Shown here: one piece after another, positions 8,251 through 19,019 of the stretch | How positions within the stretch are numbered: the first letter of the stretch is position 1 | Layout of the letters: each line of letters opens with the position of its first letter | Sequence record: SRR2962707_1149 | Length of the DNA: 37,602 nt | Direction: 5' to 3' (one strand) | Position numbers and translations under genes: made by a program | Notes under the pieces: model-generated | Told to the model about the DNA's origin: nothing | Databases searched by the model: none | What the model saw: the letters and a program-made list of their open reading frames with translations, nothing else

Positions 8251-9975
8251 ATGGACGCCAAAGTGATCAATAAGGATAAGCTGCCAAGCCGCCACACAAC
8301 TGTGGGTCCGGCAAAGGCACCGCATCGCTCATATTTATATGCGATGGGCTTGTCAGAGGCTGAAATCAACCAGCCATTGGTCGGTGTTGCGTCATGTTGG
8401 AATGAGGCTGCGCCGTGTAATATTTCATTGATGCGTCAAGCGCAGGTCGTCAAAAAAGGCGTTGCAGCGGCACATGGTACGCCGCGCGAATTTTGCACAA
8501 TTACCGTGACTGACGGTATCGCAATGGGCCACCAAGGCATGAAATCGTCGCTCGTATCGCGCGATGTGATCGCCGACTCGGTTGAGCTGACGATGCGTGG
8601 CCACTGCTATGATGCGATTGTTGGTTTGGCGGGCTGTGATAAGTCATTACCGGGCATGATGATGGCGATGGTGCGTTTGAACGTCCCTTCTGTGTTCATT
8701 TATGGCGGTTCTATTTTGCCGGGTAACTTCCGCGGTGAAGAAGTCACTGTTCAAAACGTTTTTGAAGCCGTTGGTATGCACTCCGTTGGCAAGATGTCAG
8801 ATGAAGATTTGGCTGAACTTGAACAAGTTGCATGTCCATCTGCTGGTTCATGTGGTGCGCAGTTTACAGCCAACACAATGGCAACTGTTGCCGAGGCGAT
8901 TGGCCTTGCCTTGCCATATTCATGTGGTGCGCCTGCGCCTTACGAAATTCGCGACAAGTTCTCTTATGCATCTGGCGAAAAGGTGATGGAATTGATCGCG
9001 CGCAATATTCGTCCGCGCGACATCGTCACACGCAAAGCGCTTGAAAATGCGGCGGCGGTTGTTGCTGCTTCTGGCGGTTCAACCAATGCTGCGCTGCATT
9101 TGCCTGCCATTGCGCATGAATGCGGCATTGAATTTGATCTATTCGATGTAGCCGAAATCTTTAAGAAAACGCCTTATATTGCTGACCTGAAACCAGGTGG
9201 GAAGTATGTGGCAAAAGACATGTTTGAAGCAGGCGGCATTCCGTTGTTGATGAAAACCTTGCTTGAGCATGGTTATCTGCACGGCGATTGCATGACTGTG
9301 ACCGGCCGCACGATTGCGGAAAATATGGAATTTGTGAAATGGAATCCTTCACAGGATGTTGTTTATCCTGCTGATAAACCAATCACAGCGACGGGCGGTG
9401 TCGTTGGCCTTAAAGGCAATCTAGCACCTGAAGGCGCGATTGTTAAAGTTGCAGGCATGAAAGACCAGAAGTTCTCAGGCCCTGCGCGCTGCTTTGATTC
9501 AGAAGAAGAGTGTTTTGAATCGGTGACAAAGCAGACCTTCAAAGAAGGCGAAGTTTTGGTCATTCGTTATGAAGGTCCAAAGGGCGGTCCTGGAATGCGC
9601 GAAATGCTTTCGACGACGGCTGCGCTTTATGGCCAAGGTATGGGCGACAAGGTTGCCTTGATCACCGATGGTCGTTTTTCTGGTGCGACACGCGGTTTCT
9701 GTATTGGCCATGTTGGGCCTGAAGCTGCCGTTGGCGGCCCGATTGGCCTTCTTAAAGACGGCGATATTATTTCGATTGATGCTGTTGCCGGCACGATTGA
9801 TGTTGATGTGTCTGATGAGGAAATGGCGGAACGCCGTAAATCATGGACACCACGTGAGACTGATTATCAGTCTGGCGTTTTATGGAAATATGCCCAAACG
9901 GTTGGTAATGCCCGCGATGGTGCTGTTACTCACCCAGGTGGCGCGAAGGAAACACATTGTTACGCAGATATCTAA
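8251..9975 (+). CDS. ilvD: Dihydroxy-acid dehydratase
   Basis: [59 protein letters not shown]; start 8251 preferred, 8221 possible. Confidence 0.95.
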   Translation: MDAKVINKDKLPSRHTTVGPAKAPHRSYLYAMGLSEAEINQPLVGVASCWNEAAPCNISLMRQAQVVKKGVAAAHGTPREFCTITVTDGIAMGHQGMKSSLVSRDVIADSVELTMRGHCYDAIVGLAGCDKSLPGMMMAMVRLNVPSVFIYGGSILPGNFRGEEVTVQNVFEAVGMHSVGKMSDEDLAELEQVACPSAGSCGAQFTANTMATVAEAIGLALPYSCGAPAPYEIRDKFSYASGEKVMELIARNIRPRDIVTRKALENAAAVVAASGGSTNAALHLPAIAHECGIEFDLFDVAEIFKKTPYIADLKPGGKYVAKDMFEAGGIPLLMKTLLEHGYLHGDCMTVTGRTIAENMEFVKWNPSQDVVYPADKPITATGGVVGLKGNLAPEGAIVKVAGMKDQKFSGPARCFDSEEECFESVTKQTFKEGEVLVIRYEGPKGGPGMREMLSTTAALYGQGMGDKVALITDGRFSGATRGFCIGHVGPEAAVGGPIGLLKDGDIISIDAVAGTIDVDVSDEEMAERRKSWTPRETDYQSGVLWKYAQTVGNARDGAVTHPGGAKETHCYADI

Positions 9976-10040
9976 CACACTTTGTTGGATCCGTTGGTGA
10001 TCATGGACGTGCCCAAAATTTAACGCATGGGCGCGGATTG

Positions 10041-10856
10041 ATGCCTGCGATTTTTTTAACTGTTGCTGTACTTTCAGCAGCAGTGAATGCGCCTGCCTAT
10101 GCTTTCGATAGAAAAGATACGCCTGAAAGCAGTGATCAGGCGGAGAACGAAGGCGGCGGTTCAATTGCAAAGCGCGCCATCCGCACGATTACAACGCTTC
10201 AGTTCGGTTTTTCAGCCTATAAAAAGGGCGATAAGAACGAAGCGTTTAAAGCCTATCGCGACGCTGCCGATCAAGGCCATATTGGCGCGCGGTGGAAGCT
10301 TGCAAATATGTATGCCTCTGGCGATGGCGTGAGTGAGGACGATTACGAAGCGTTCAAACTGTTCCGCGATATCGTCAATGATGGCGCCGAAGTTGGCAGC
10401 CGCAATTCGTCATTTGTGGCCAATGCGTTGGTTTCAATCGCTGGCTACGTAGATGTAGGAATTCCCGACTCTCCGGTTAAATCGAACCCAGCCCAAGCCC
10501 GCGAAATTTACATGCAGGCAGCCACAAACTTTGGTGATCCAGAAGCGCAGTATCGTTTGGGCCGTCTTTATTTAGAGGGCAAGGGTGGCCCTGTAGATCG
10601 GCACCAAGCGGGTCGCTGGTTCAACTTGGCTGCCAATAAGGGTCATGCCTGTGCACGTGCAATGCTTGGCCAAATGATGTTTGAAGAGGGTTGGCGCGTT
10701 AAAGGCCTTGGTATGATGACGGTTGCTTTGCAAACGGCAAGACCTGCTGATCGCACTTGGATACGTCAATTGCAGGAAGAAGCTTTTGCCCTAGCCAGTG
10801 AAGATGAACGCCGCAACGGTACTGCGCTTGGCAAACAGATGCTCGCGCAAAAGTAA
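10041..10856 (+). CDS. exoR: Periplasmic Sel1-repeat regulator ExoR
   Basis: Signal-peptide-like segment ending AYA-FD; FGFSAYKKG...GHIGARWKLANMYASGDGV, GIPDSPVK and QEEAFALASEDERR resemble rhizobial ExoR; located near xth; exact start uncertain. Confidence 0.82.
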   Translation: MPAIFLTVAVLSAAVNAPAYAFDRKDTPESSDQAENEGGGSIAKRAIRTITTLQFGFSAYKKGDKNEAFKAYRDAADQGHIGARWKLANMYASGDGVSEDDYEAFKLFRDIVNDGAEVGSRNSSFVANALVSIAGYVDVGIPDSPVKSNPAQAREIYMQAATNFGDPEAQYRLGRLYLEGKGGPVDRHQAGRWFNLAANKGHACARAMLGQMMFEEGWRVKGLGMMTVALQTARPADRTWIRQLQEEAFALASEDERRNGTALGKQMLAQK

Positions 10857-10906
10857 CGCATTTTCTACTGCTTGGTTTGATCAAGCCAACTGCGTATTTA
10901 GGCCGC

Positions 10907-11179
10907 TTAAGACTTTAAATCATCGAATGAAACGGGGCTGGCATTTTGCAAGCTGCTTAGTGGGCAACCCTTTTGGATTGTCTTCCAAGCGGTGTTATTC
11001 AGCACACGGTCGCAGCGGGCTAAAACCGCGCCCGAGGGTAGGTTCAGGCAAACGACTTGCCCTTCGGCGATATCTTTACCATTGCCTCGGCAGGTGCAAT
11101 CAGGCCCTGCAAAACTGGGTGCTGAAAACGTAATTCCAGCAAATATTGTGACCAGCGCAAAGACGAACTTTCCTATCAT
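10907..11179 (-). CDS. Small secreted cysteine-rich hypothetical protein (90 aa)
   Basis: RBS AGGAG 7 nt before ATG 11179; signal peptide ending SFA; mature GPDCTCR...VCL...ARCDRVLNNTAW...GCP. Confidence 0.75.
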   Translation of the reverse strand: MIGKFVFALVTIFAGITFSAPSFAGPDCTCRGNGKDIAEGQVVCLNLPSGAVLARCDRVLNNTAWKTIQKGCPLSSLQNASPVSFDDLKS

Positions 11180-11238
11180 GACCATTCTCCTATTTGCGAG
11201 AATGCTCATGATAAGCCTCAAATTATACTATTTGCAAA

Positions 11239-12231
11239 TTAGCGGTCGTCTTCAGGTTCATCGGCTGTGTAACGCGCGGTGTCTTGACTGCCCATGGACG
11301 TATCTTGGTTTTCGTTTTGCGAGAGGCGATTGGCCGCTTTAACAGCGGCAATTGTGCCCATAATTTGCGCGCTATTGCCCAGATCTGCCAAAACCAAATT
11401 GCCTTGGCTTGCCGCAGTGCCCAGCGTATCAAGCCTGTTGGTGTCCATGATTAGCTGAAGCGCTTCGCTTGTGCTTAAACCAGATTGCGTCAGCGTTTGC
11501 ATCGCTGTTTCCATGCCTGTGGCGATGGCTTCGCGCATATTGGCGATGCCTTCACCCTGAAGCTTTTTGGACTCTTTCTCCGCAAGGGCTATGCCCACGA
11601 GTTCGATGCGTTTCGCATCGGCAATGTTTTGCGCTGCTTCTTTTTCACGCTCGGACGCGATGACACGGTTAAAGGCATTGCGCACTTCTGGGCTTGGTTG
11701 TGGCTCATCAATCAACACGTTTTCAATCCAGAAGCCGTATTTAATAAAGCGTTCTTGCAGCGATTCTTGCACCTGCGCTTCAACGCTGTCTCGATTTTGA
11801 TAGAGGTCGATCATTGTCATCCCGGCGGCAGACTGGCGCACATTGTTCAAAATATAAGACGTTATTTGTGTCTCAGGATGTTCCAATTCATAAAATGCAC
11901 GGCGTGCGCCTTCAGGCTCGCTTGATGCGCGGTACTGCGCTTTAACCGGTAAAAGCATGAAAGCATTATCGGATGTTTTGACCGACACATCGGCTGAAAT
12001 CTCTTGCAGCTGCAAATTGACCTGGCCGACAACGATATCGATTGGCCAAGGAAATTTAAGCGTAAGGCCCGGCATGCGCGCGTGCGGTAATGGATTACCC
12101 AAGCGTTCAATAACGCGTGCGCGTTTGCCCGGTGTAATGACAATCGTGCTCCATACGAGCGGGATAAATATGACAATTGCGATGATGATGAAGGCGAGTA
12201 AAGGGACGCCGCCGTAATAACCTGTATCCAT
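11239..12231 (-). CDS. SPFH/band-7 domain membrane protein (HIR-like subfamily)
   Basis: 330 aa; RBS AAGGA; N-terminal TM helix; VIERLG, PGLTLKFPW and VKTSDNAF band-7 motifs; C-terminal coiled coil AEKESKKLQGEGIA. Confidence 0.88.
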   Translation of the reverse strand: MDTGYYGGVPLLAFIIIAIVIFIPLVWSTIVITPGKRARVIERLGNPLPHARMPGLTLKFPWPIDIVVGQVNLQLQEISADVSVKTSDNAFMLLPVKAQYRASSEPEGARRAFYELEHPETQITSYILNNVRQSAAGMTMIDLYQNRDSVEAQVQESLQERFIKYGFWIENVLIDEPQPSPEVRNAFNRVIASEREKEAAQNIADAKRIELVGIALAEKESKKLQGEGIANMREAIATGMETAMQTLTQSGLSTSEALQLIMDTNRLDTLGTAASQGNLVLADLGNSAQIMGTIAAVKAANRLSQNENQDTSMGSQDTARYTADEPEDDR

Positions 12232-12302
12232 CGTTTAAGTCCTTAGATTTGAATTTTACTGGCGCAAAAGCCCAATAAAATAATTTTGGTAAACTTAGAT
12301 GG

Positions 12303-13082
12303 TCACAGTGCGAGTTCACATGCGACCGGCACATGGTCTGACGGTTTTTCCCAGCCGCGAACATATTTCTCGACATCTACGCTGACGAGTTTATTGGCTG
12401 CTTCTGGCGACAGCATGAGGTGATCAATGCGGATGCCATTGTTCTTTTGCCAAGCGCCCGCCTGATAATCCCAGAAAGTAAAACTTTGTGCGTCTGTTGT
12501 TGCGCGTAATGCATCGGTGAAACCCAAATTTGTCAGGCGGCGGAAAGCTGCGCGGCTTTCAGGTCGGAAGAGGGCATCCCCTTCCCACACTTTAGGATCG
12601 TGGCAATCTTCTGGCATCGGAATGACATTGTAATCACCGGCAAGAATGAGTGGCTCCTCAAGTGTGAGGCGCTCTTTAGCCCAGTTCTCTAAACGGTCCA
12701 TCCAGCCAAGCTTATAGGGGAATTTTTCCGTATCGACCGGATTGCCGTTTGGCAGATAGAGCGAAACGATGCGCAGCGCGCCTTTTTCAGTCGATACAAC
12801 ACATTCGATAAAACGGGCTTGCTCGTCGGCATCGTCGCCAGGCAGTCCGCGATTTATTTCATCGAACGGAAGCCGCGACAGGATCGCGACGCCATTGAAG
12901 CTCTTTTGGCCATGGGTGACCAAATTATAGCCAAGCGACTCAAATTCTTCGCGCGGGAAGTTTTCATCAACCGATTTTATTTCTTGAAAACAAGCAATAT
13001 CAGGCTTGGATTCGGCCAACCATGCTTTTGCCGTTTCAAGGCGGGCTTTAACGCCGTTGATATTCCACGTAGCAATTTTCAT
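12303..13082 (-). CDS. xth: Exodeoxyribonuclease III
   Basis: MKIATWNINGVKAR start at 13082; QEIK, YLPNG, GDYNV, RIDHLM and SDHVPV motifs. Confidence 0.95.
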   Translation of the reverse strand: MKIATWNINGVKARLETAKAWLAESKPDIACFQEIKSVDENFPREEFESLGYNLVTHGQKSFNGVAILSRLPFDEINRGLPGDDADEQARFIECVVSTEKGALRIVSLYLPNGNPVDTEKFPYKLGWMDRLENWAKERLTLEEPLILAGDYNVIPMPEDCHDPKVWEGDALFRPESRAAFRRLTNLGFTDALRATTDAQSFTFWDYQAGAWQKNNGIRIDHLMLSPEAANKLVSVDVEKYVRGWEKPSDHVPVACELAL

Positions 13083-13098
13083 GGTTGGGACTTCGCGA

Positions 13099-13443
13099 TC
13101 AAACAGAGAAACTTGTGCCGCAGCCGCAAGAAGCAACCGCGTTCGGGTTTTGAATCTGGAAAGATTGGCCCATGAGGTCGTCCACAAAATCGACCACAGA
13201 TCCGCCCATGTAAACCAGAGAAAGTGAGTCAACTAAGATAGTTGTGCCGTCTTTCTCATAAACGACATCATCGTCATGGCGCTCGTCGGTCAGATCAAAT
13301 TTGTAGGAAAAACCAGAGCAACCGCCACCTTCGACAGAAACGCGTAAGGCGTTCTTATCTGGCTCCGAGCTCAGCACTTTGGCTACGCGCGCAAAGGCAG
13401 CATCGGTAATGGTAACGCTTTTTGATGGCTCGTGAGCTGTCAT
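13099..13443 (-). CDS. erpA: Iron-sulfur cluster insertion protein ErpA (HesB/IscA family)
   Basis: RBS GGAG upstream of ATG 13443; LRVSVEGGGCSGFSY; NPNAVASCGCGTSFS. Confidence 0.92.
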   Translation of the reverse strand: MTAHEPSKSVTITDAAFARVAKVLSSEPDKNALRVSVEGGGCSGFSYKFDLTDERHDDDVVYEKDGTTILVDSLSLVYMGGSVVDFVDDLMGQSFQIQNPNAVASCGCGTSFSV

Positions 13444-13548
13444 TTCAAAACTCCTTATATTCCTATAGCTATGGACGCGAAGGGCTGTCGTCAATATGTG
13501 ATGGTTCACGTTCATGTTTAGAGCGACGATTTTTGCTTGTGTGGGGTT

Positions 13549-14766
13549 ATGGCAGTTAAATTTGACAATATTGGGTTCGGCGGCGGCAATCGGGCTATTT
13601 ATGCGACTAATCCGGCAAATAGCCGAGGGCGCTTTGTTTCCGAGCAGGAAAGCCCAACGCGCACGCCATTTCAGCGCGACCGTGACCGGATAGTCCATTC
13701 GACAGCGTTTCGCCGTTTAATGCATAAGACGCAGGTGTTCTTCGGCCATGAATATGACCATCATCGCACACGCCTGACCCATACGATTGAAGTGGCGCAA
13801 ATTGCGCGGGCTTTGGCGCGCGCATTTCGCCTTGATGATGATTTGGCCGAGGCGATTGCGTTGGTGCATGATTTTGGCCACACACCGTTTGGCCATACAG
13901 GCGAAGACGTCCTCAATGAGTTGATGAAACCCTTTGGCGGCTTTGACCATAATGCCCACGCCTTGCGGGTGGTGACAAAACTAGAGCGCCGCTATGCCGA
14001 GTTTGATGGGCTTAATCTGACCTGGGAAACCCTTGAAGGGCTTGTGAAACACAATGGACCCTTGAGTGATGTTTCTGGCCATGGGCTGGACGGTAAAACG
14101 ATCCCGCTGGCGATCACCAATTATTGCGGTTTGCATGATCTTGAATTGTCAAAACATGCAAGCCTAGAGGCGCAGGTGGCGGCCATTGCCGATGATATTG
14201 CCTATAATACCCATGATATTGACGATGGTTTGAGGGCAGGGCTTTTAACATTTGATATGTTTGGTGAAGTGCCCCTCATCGCAGAGCAATTAGCGATTGT
14301 TGATAGGCTTTATCCTGATCTGGATGAAACGCGGCGCGGCCATGAAATGACACGGCGCGTCATGACGGTGATGGTTGAAGATGTGATCCGCACATCGATG
14401 AAAGCGATTGAAGCGCTTAATCCGCAAAGCGTGGACGATGTTTATAATGCTGGCGAAACATTAGTGCGTTTCTCCGCTGAAATGGCAGCTAAGGAAAAGC
14501 AGCTTAAAAAGTTTATGTATGCGAATATGTACCGGCATGAATCTGTTTTGCGGGTGCGCAAACATGCCGAACAGATCGTGCGTGATCTGTTTAACCACTT
14601 CATAGCTCAGCCAGAACTAATGGGCGGCGACTGGGCGCATTTGGTTTCAGAACTGAGTGAGGCGGCGCGCGCGCAGCGGGTTTCTGATTTCTTAGCTGGC
14701 ATGACCGATAATTTTGCAGTTGCACAACACAAGCGGCTGTTTGACCATACACCCGATTTGCGATAG
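13549..14766 (+). CDS. dgt: Deoxyguanosinetriphosphate triphosphohydrolase (HD family)
   Basis: [51 protein letters not shown]. Confidence 0.92.
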   Translation: MAVKFDNIGFGGGNRAIYATNPANSRGRFVSEQESPTRTPFQRDRDRIVHSTAFRRLMHKTQVFFGHEYDHHRTRLTHTIEVAQIARALARAFRLDDDLAEAIALVHDFGHTPFGHTGEDVLNELMKPFGGFDHNAHALRVVTKLERRYAEFDGLNLTWETLEGLVKHNGPLSDVSGHGLDGKTIPLAITNYCGLHDLELSKHASLEAQVAAIADDIAYNTHDIDDGLRAGLLTFDMFGEVPLIAEQLAIVDRLYPDLDETRRGHEMTRRVMTVMVEDVIRTSMKAIEALNPQSVDDVYNAGETLVRFSAEMAAKEKQLKKFMYANMYRHESVLRVRKHAEQIVRDLFNHFIAQPELMGGDWAHLVSELSEAARAQRVSDFLAGMTDNFAVAQHKRLFDHTPDLR

Positions 14767-14816
14767 CAGCGCGGGTTAGGCGCTGTAACGCGCCGCAATT
14801 AATCAGGACGAATATT

Positions 14817-16562
14817 ATGAATATCTTTTCCGCGTTTCGCGAACGTGTGGTTGCTGCTGTTGAAGGCCTTGGATTGGAAACCGTTGATGGTTCGCCGCTG
14901 GAGACAGCGCGCGTCAATGTAGAGCCGCCGCGTGATGCCGCGCATGGTGATTTAGCGACCAATGCTGCAATGGTAATTGCCAAGCAGGTTGGTGATAATC
15001 CGCGCAATGTGGCTGAGAAGATCATTGCAGCGCTGTCATCGCATCCAGACATTGTTGAAACCAGCATTGCAGGGCCTGGCTTTGTGAATTTGCGCATTTC
15101 CAATGCGTTCTGGCTTAGCCAGCTCAAAGAAATGGCAAACCCAGCGTCGAACTATGGCAAAAGCCAGATCGGCGGCGGTAAAAAAGTCAATGTTGAATAT
15201 GTATCGGCAAACCCAACGGGGCCAATGCACGTGGGCCATTGCCGCGGCGCCGTTGTCGGTGACACCCTGGCTAATCTACTTGCTTTTGCTGGTTTTGAGG
15301 TCGTCAAAGAATATTACATCAACGATGCCGGTGTTCAGATTGATGTGCTCGCGCGTTCCGTCATGCTGCGCTACCGCGAAGCGCTGGGCGAAGATATCGG
15401 TGCGATGCCTGAAGGTCTTTATCCAGGTGATTATCTGGTGCCAATCGGCGAGATGCTCAAAGCCGACCACGGCGATGAATTGCTCAAAATGGACGAAGAT
15501 GCGGCGCTCGCCATCATCAAGGATAAAACCATTGATGCAATGATGGCGCTGATCCGTGATGATCTTGCTGCGCTTAATATCCATCATGATGTGTTTTTCT
15601 CCGAGCGGACATTACATGCTGATAATGGCGGCAAAATTCAAGCAGCGCTGAACGCGCTGACGCTTAAAGGCCATGTCTACAAAGGCACATTGCCACCGCC
15701 GAAGGGCCAATTGCCCGATGATTGGGAAGACCGCGAGCAAACATTGTTCCGCTCTACAGAAGTTGGCGATGATATTGACCGCCCATTGGTGAAGTCTGAC
15801 GGCTCGTACACCTATTTTGCGGCTGACGTTGCCTATTTTAACGATAAATTTGAACGCGGCTTTGAAGAGATGATCTTCGTGCTGGGCGCGGATCATGGCG
15901 GCTATGTCAAGCGCATGGAAGCGCTGGCCAAAGCAGCATCAGACGGAAAAGTGAAATTGACCGTTCTTTTGTGCCAGTTGGTCAAACTGCTTCGCAATGG
16001 CGAGCCGGTAAAAATGTCCAAACGGGCAGGGCAATTTGTAACGCTTCGGGACGTTGTGGACGAAGTTGGCCGTGATCCAGTTCGTTTTATGATGATTTAT
16101 CGGAAAAGTTCAGAGCCGCTTGATTTTGATTTTGCAAAGGTCACAGAGCAGTCAAAAGACAATCCTGTGTTCTATGTGCAGTATGCTTCAGCGCGGTGCC
16201 ATTCGGTCTTTAGACAGGCGCAAGAGCAAATTCCTGGTATCAAAGCAGACCTCGAAAGCCTTGATTTGCTTGATGATGAGAGCGAAATCGCGCTTATTCG
16301 CAAAATGGCTGAGTTCCCACGTATTGTGGAAACTGCTGCTTTGGCGCAGGAGCCGCATCGTATCGCATTCTACCTTTATGAGCTGGCCAATAGCTTCCAT
16401 GGCCACTGGAATAAAGGCACAGATAACGAGCACTTACGGTTTGTTAAGGTTAACAATCCACAATTGACATCTGCCAGACTAGGCTTGGTGCAGGGCGTAT
16501 TGAACGTTTTGCGCTCAGGCCTAGACATTTTGGGTGTAGACGCGCCAGCCGAATTACGCTGA
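14817..16562 (+). CDS. argS: Arginine--tRNA ligase
   Basis: [38 protein letters not shown]-type C-terminus. Confidence 0.98.
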   Translation: MNIFSAFRERVVAAVEGLGLETVDGSPLETARVNVEPPRDAAHGDLATNAAMVIAKQVGDNPRNVAEKIIAALSSHPDIVETSIAGPGFVNLRISNAFWLSQLKEMANPASNYGKSQIGGGKKVNVEYVSANPTGPMHVGHCRGAVVGDTLANLLAFAGFEVVKEYYINDAGVQIDVLARSVMLRYREALGEDIGAMPEGLYPGDYLVPIGEMLKADHGDELLKMDEDAALAIIKDKTIDAMMALIRDDLAALNIHHDVFFSERTLHADNGGKIQAALNALTLKGHVYKGTLPPPKGQLPDDWEDREQTLFRSTEVGDDIDRPLVKSDGSYTYFAADVAYFNDKFERGFEEMIFVLGADHGGYVKRMEALAKAASDGKVKLTVLLCQLVKLLRNGEPVKMSKRAGQFVTLRDVVDEVGRDPVRFMMIYRKSSEPLDFDFAKVTEQSKDNPVFYVQYASARCHSVFRQAQEQIPGIKADLESLDLLDDESEIALIRKMAEFPRIVETAALAQEPHRIAFYLYELANSFHGHWNKGTDNEHLRFVKVNNPQLTSARLGLVQGVLNVLRSGLDILGVDAPAELR

Positions 16563-16648
16563 TTTAGTCACGTTTTGCCCATAATGCGCTGGTATTGCGT
16601 AATTAGGAGCTGCTGTGCTCCAATGGGTAAGAGTGTGAGTATATCGCC

Positions 16649-18961
16649 ATGACAGAAGTTGCGAATAGCGTTGTTTCGCGCAATGACAGAGATGAAAATC
16701 GGATCGAGGAAAACGATCCGCTTTTTGAGCTGTCTCAAATTATGGGTTTTGGTGAGGGCAATAACGCGGAATCACGCGATGAAATTGACCCTCAAATTGA
16801 CCTTGAAGACGCGTTAATGGCTGAAATTTCTGGCGGTGATGCGCCTCAGTCTCCCATTGAAGACCGTAGTTCACTCGAAGATGAACTCAGCGCTATGCTG
16901 AGCGGCAAGCCCTATGTGCGTGAGCCAGTGATTGAGCCAGAAACGGCTTCAGTGCCGCAAGAGCCTGAGGCCCGCGAAGAAGAAGAGTTCTTCTTTGATG
17001 ATGCATCCTTTGATGCTGAGCTTGAAAGTATCACGCAACCCTATTCGTCTGCTGAGGCGACTATTCCCGAAGTTGATAGTGTTGAAGAGTATGGTGACGC
17101 GGAATTCGACGCTGCGCCAGAGTTTGACACACAGCAGGAACCAGCGCTTGAGGCGGCGCAGGAACCAGAGCTTGAGGCTACGCAGGAATTTGAGCAGGCT
17201 CCAGAAGTTGACGCACCGTCGGACGACTTTTTTAGCGCGGAACTGCGCGGTTTTGAACCAGCACAGCAGTCAGAGCCAGAAATTGAAGATGATAGCGCTT
17301 TAGATAATCATTTTTCAGATGAACATGACCCATCTTTTGAGGCACCGTCATTTTCACGCGCAACGCCTGTTGCAAGTTTTGGCGGCGAAAATGCGCCACT
17401 TGAAGAAGCCATCGATGAAATTTCAGCCTTAGAAAAGGCTTTCACATCAGAAGCCAATCTTGATCTGGATGACGCATCGCTGGACGATGATTTTAGCGCG
17501 TTGTTTGAAGACGAACTAAGCACGACGGAAACCAGTGACGATGTTCGCGTTGACGAGCAAACTGATCGCTATGATCCATTTGCGGAAATGCCAGCGCAGG
17601 CTAAGGCTCAACCCATCAATGCACCCGTTCTCGAAACGACAGATATGTCTGCCTATGTGGGCGCGGGTTATAGCCAAATTAATGTTCCAAATTTACCTGA
17701 ATTTGAAACCGAAAGTGCGCGTTCATTTGATGATGAATTTGCATCCGAGTTTGAAGGTGACACCCAAGTCGGTGTGCATCAGGAACCGGTAGCTGCTGTT
17801 AGTGCTGTTGATGATATCAATGGACTTGACGATTTTGACGATGGTTTCTTCGAAGCTGAACTTGCGCGCGACATGGAATTTGTGTCTCACGATTTGAACA
17901 ATCCGTTCGATGGCGATGATGAAGCTTTCGACGATCAAGATTATATTGGCGATGAAGTAAAACGCGCGCCTGTGAAGCGCAGCTTGGTCATTGGCGCAGC
18001 CTTAGGCATATGCGCTATTTTGGGTGTCGTTGGCGTTTTTGCGCTGGGTGGCTCGCAAACAACAGGCACGGATAGCCCTGTTTTGATCAAAGCGGATACA
18101 GGCCCAACCAAGGTTGCACCAGAAGATCCAGGTGGCGCGCAAGTGCCTAATCAGGATTTAGCTGTGTTTGAAGAAGGCGCTAGCGCGGTTTCGCCGTCAC
18201 AAGAAGCTTTGGTGACGAGTTCTGAAGAGCCGGTTGATATCACGTCTGTTCCCGATTCAGGTTTGCCAAGCACGCTCAGCACCGATCTTGCCCAAAAGGG
18301 CGAGGATCGTTTGACAGCTGATGGCATCGATAGCGCTGCAAGCGATACACGCCAAGCGCAAGGCATTTCACCGCGTAAAGTTAAAACGCTGATCGTGAAG
18401 CCAGATGGCACGCTGGTTGAGCGTGAAGTGGAAGCGACACCTGAGCCAACAGTGGCTGTGTCTGAGCCAGCGCCAGCCGCGACGCAAGAAGTTGCAACTG
18501 CCGAACCAGCAGCCACTGAAACGCCTGACGCTACTGCGGCAGAAGCAACGACAGTTGAACCTGCTGCTGCGCCAAATGAAGTGGCTGCATTGCCAACGCG
18601 CACAGTGACGACCAAAGTCATTACGCCTGAGACAATTGCATCGCGTCCTAAAGAACAGCCGGTCAATCTTGTGCAGCCAGAAACACCTGCAGCGCCAGCT
18701 GCTGCAGCAACGGCTGTATCTGGTTTCGCCGTGCAACTTGCATCATTGCCAACGCAGGCCGATGCGCAAGTTTCCGCTGATCGCTTATCGCGTCAATATG
18801 CTGATCTAATCGGTGGGCGCGGCGTGAACATTCAAAAGGCTGAAATTGCAGGCAAGGGCACGTATTACCGCGTGCGGGTTGGCGCATCATCGAGAGCGGA
18901 TGCGATTTCATTGTGTGAACGCCTCAAAGCCTCTGGCGGTTCTTGCTTCGTATCACGTTAG
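16649..18961 (+). CDS. SPOR domain cell-division protein (RgsS/FtsN-like): long acidic cytoplasmic region, one TM helix, periplasmic SPOR domain
   Basis: Acidic low-complexity N-terminal region; TM SLVIGAALGICAILGVVGVFAL; PVLIKAD..PTKVAPEDPGG; PRKVKTLIVKPDG; C-terminal FAVQLAS...KGTYYRVRVG...AISLCERLKASGGSCFV. Confidence 0.88.
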   Translation: MTEVANSVVSRNDRDENRIEENDPLFELSQIMGFGEGNNAESRDEIDPQIDLEDALMAEISGGDAPQSPIEDRSSLEDELSAMLSGKPYVREPVIEPETASVPQEPEAREEEEFFFDDASFDAELESITQPYSSAEATIPEVDSVEEYGDAEFDAAPEFDTQQEPALEAAQEPELEATQEFEQAPEVDAPSDDFFSAELRGFEPAQQSEPEIEDDSALDNHFSDEHDPSFEAPSFSRATPVASFGGENAPLEEAIDEISALEKAFTSEANLDLDDASLDDDFSALFEDELSTTETSDDVRVDEQTDRYDPFAEMPAQAKAQPINAPVLETTDMSAYVGAGYSQINVPNLPEFETESARSFDDEFASEFEGDTQVGVHQEPVAAVSAVDDINGLDDFDDGFFEAELARDMEFVSHDLNNPFDGDDEAFDDQDYIGDEVKRAPVKRSLVIGAALGICAILGVVGVFALGGSQTTGTDSPVLIKADTGPTKVAPEDPGGAQVPNQDLAVFEEGASAVSPSQEALVTSSEEPVDITSVPDSGLPSTLSTDLAQKGEDRLTADGIDSAASDTRQAQGISPRKVKTLIVKPDGTLVEREVEATPEPTVAVSEPAPAATQEVATAEPAATETPDATAAEATTVEPAAAPNEVAALPTRTVTTKVITPETIASRPKEQPVNLVQPETPAAPAAAATAVSGFAVQLASLPTQADAQVSADRLSRQYADLIGGRGVNIQKAEIAGKGTYYRVRVGASSRADAISLCERLKASGGSCFVSR
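17134..17188 (+). repeat. 24-bp tandem repeat (2.3 copies) inside the SPOR gene
   Basis: GCAGGAACCAGCGCTTGAGGCGGC / GCAGGAACCAGAGCTTGAGGCTAC / GCAGGAA, encoding QEPALEAA QEPELEAT QE. Confidence 0.75.
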
Positions 18962-18965
18962 GTTT

Positions 18966-18990
18966 GGGCGGCTCATGGGCCGCCCCTTTT
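18966..18990 (+). terminator. Rho-independent terminator after the SPOR gene
   Basis: GGGCGGC-tcatgg-GCCGCCC followed by CTTTT. Confidence 0.7.
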
Positions 18991-19019
18991 ATTTCATTGT
19001 TGGTATTTAGGATATAGTT

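Noticed and set aside
9957-10040. N-terminal extension of exoR overlapping ilvD
   Set aside because: TTG start inside ilvD with no good RBS; the signal-peptide-like segment begins near 10041
13083-13698. ORF-track upstream extensions of xth (to 13232) and erpA (to 13698)
   Set aside because: They overlap neighbouring genes; family N-termini and the RBS place the starts at 13082 and 13443
16443-16469. GTTAAGGTTAAC and TTGACA within the argS 3' end as an internal promoter for the SPOR gene
   Set aside because: Explained by coding sequence (VKVN); no -10 at a proper spacing and not the CtrA N7 spacing
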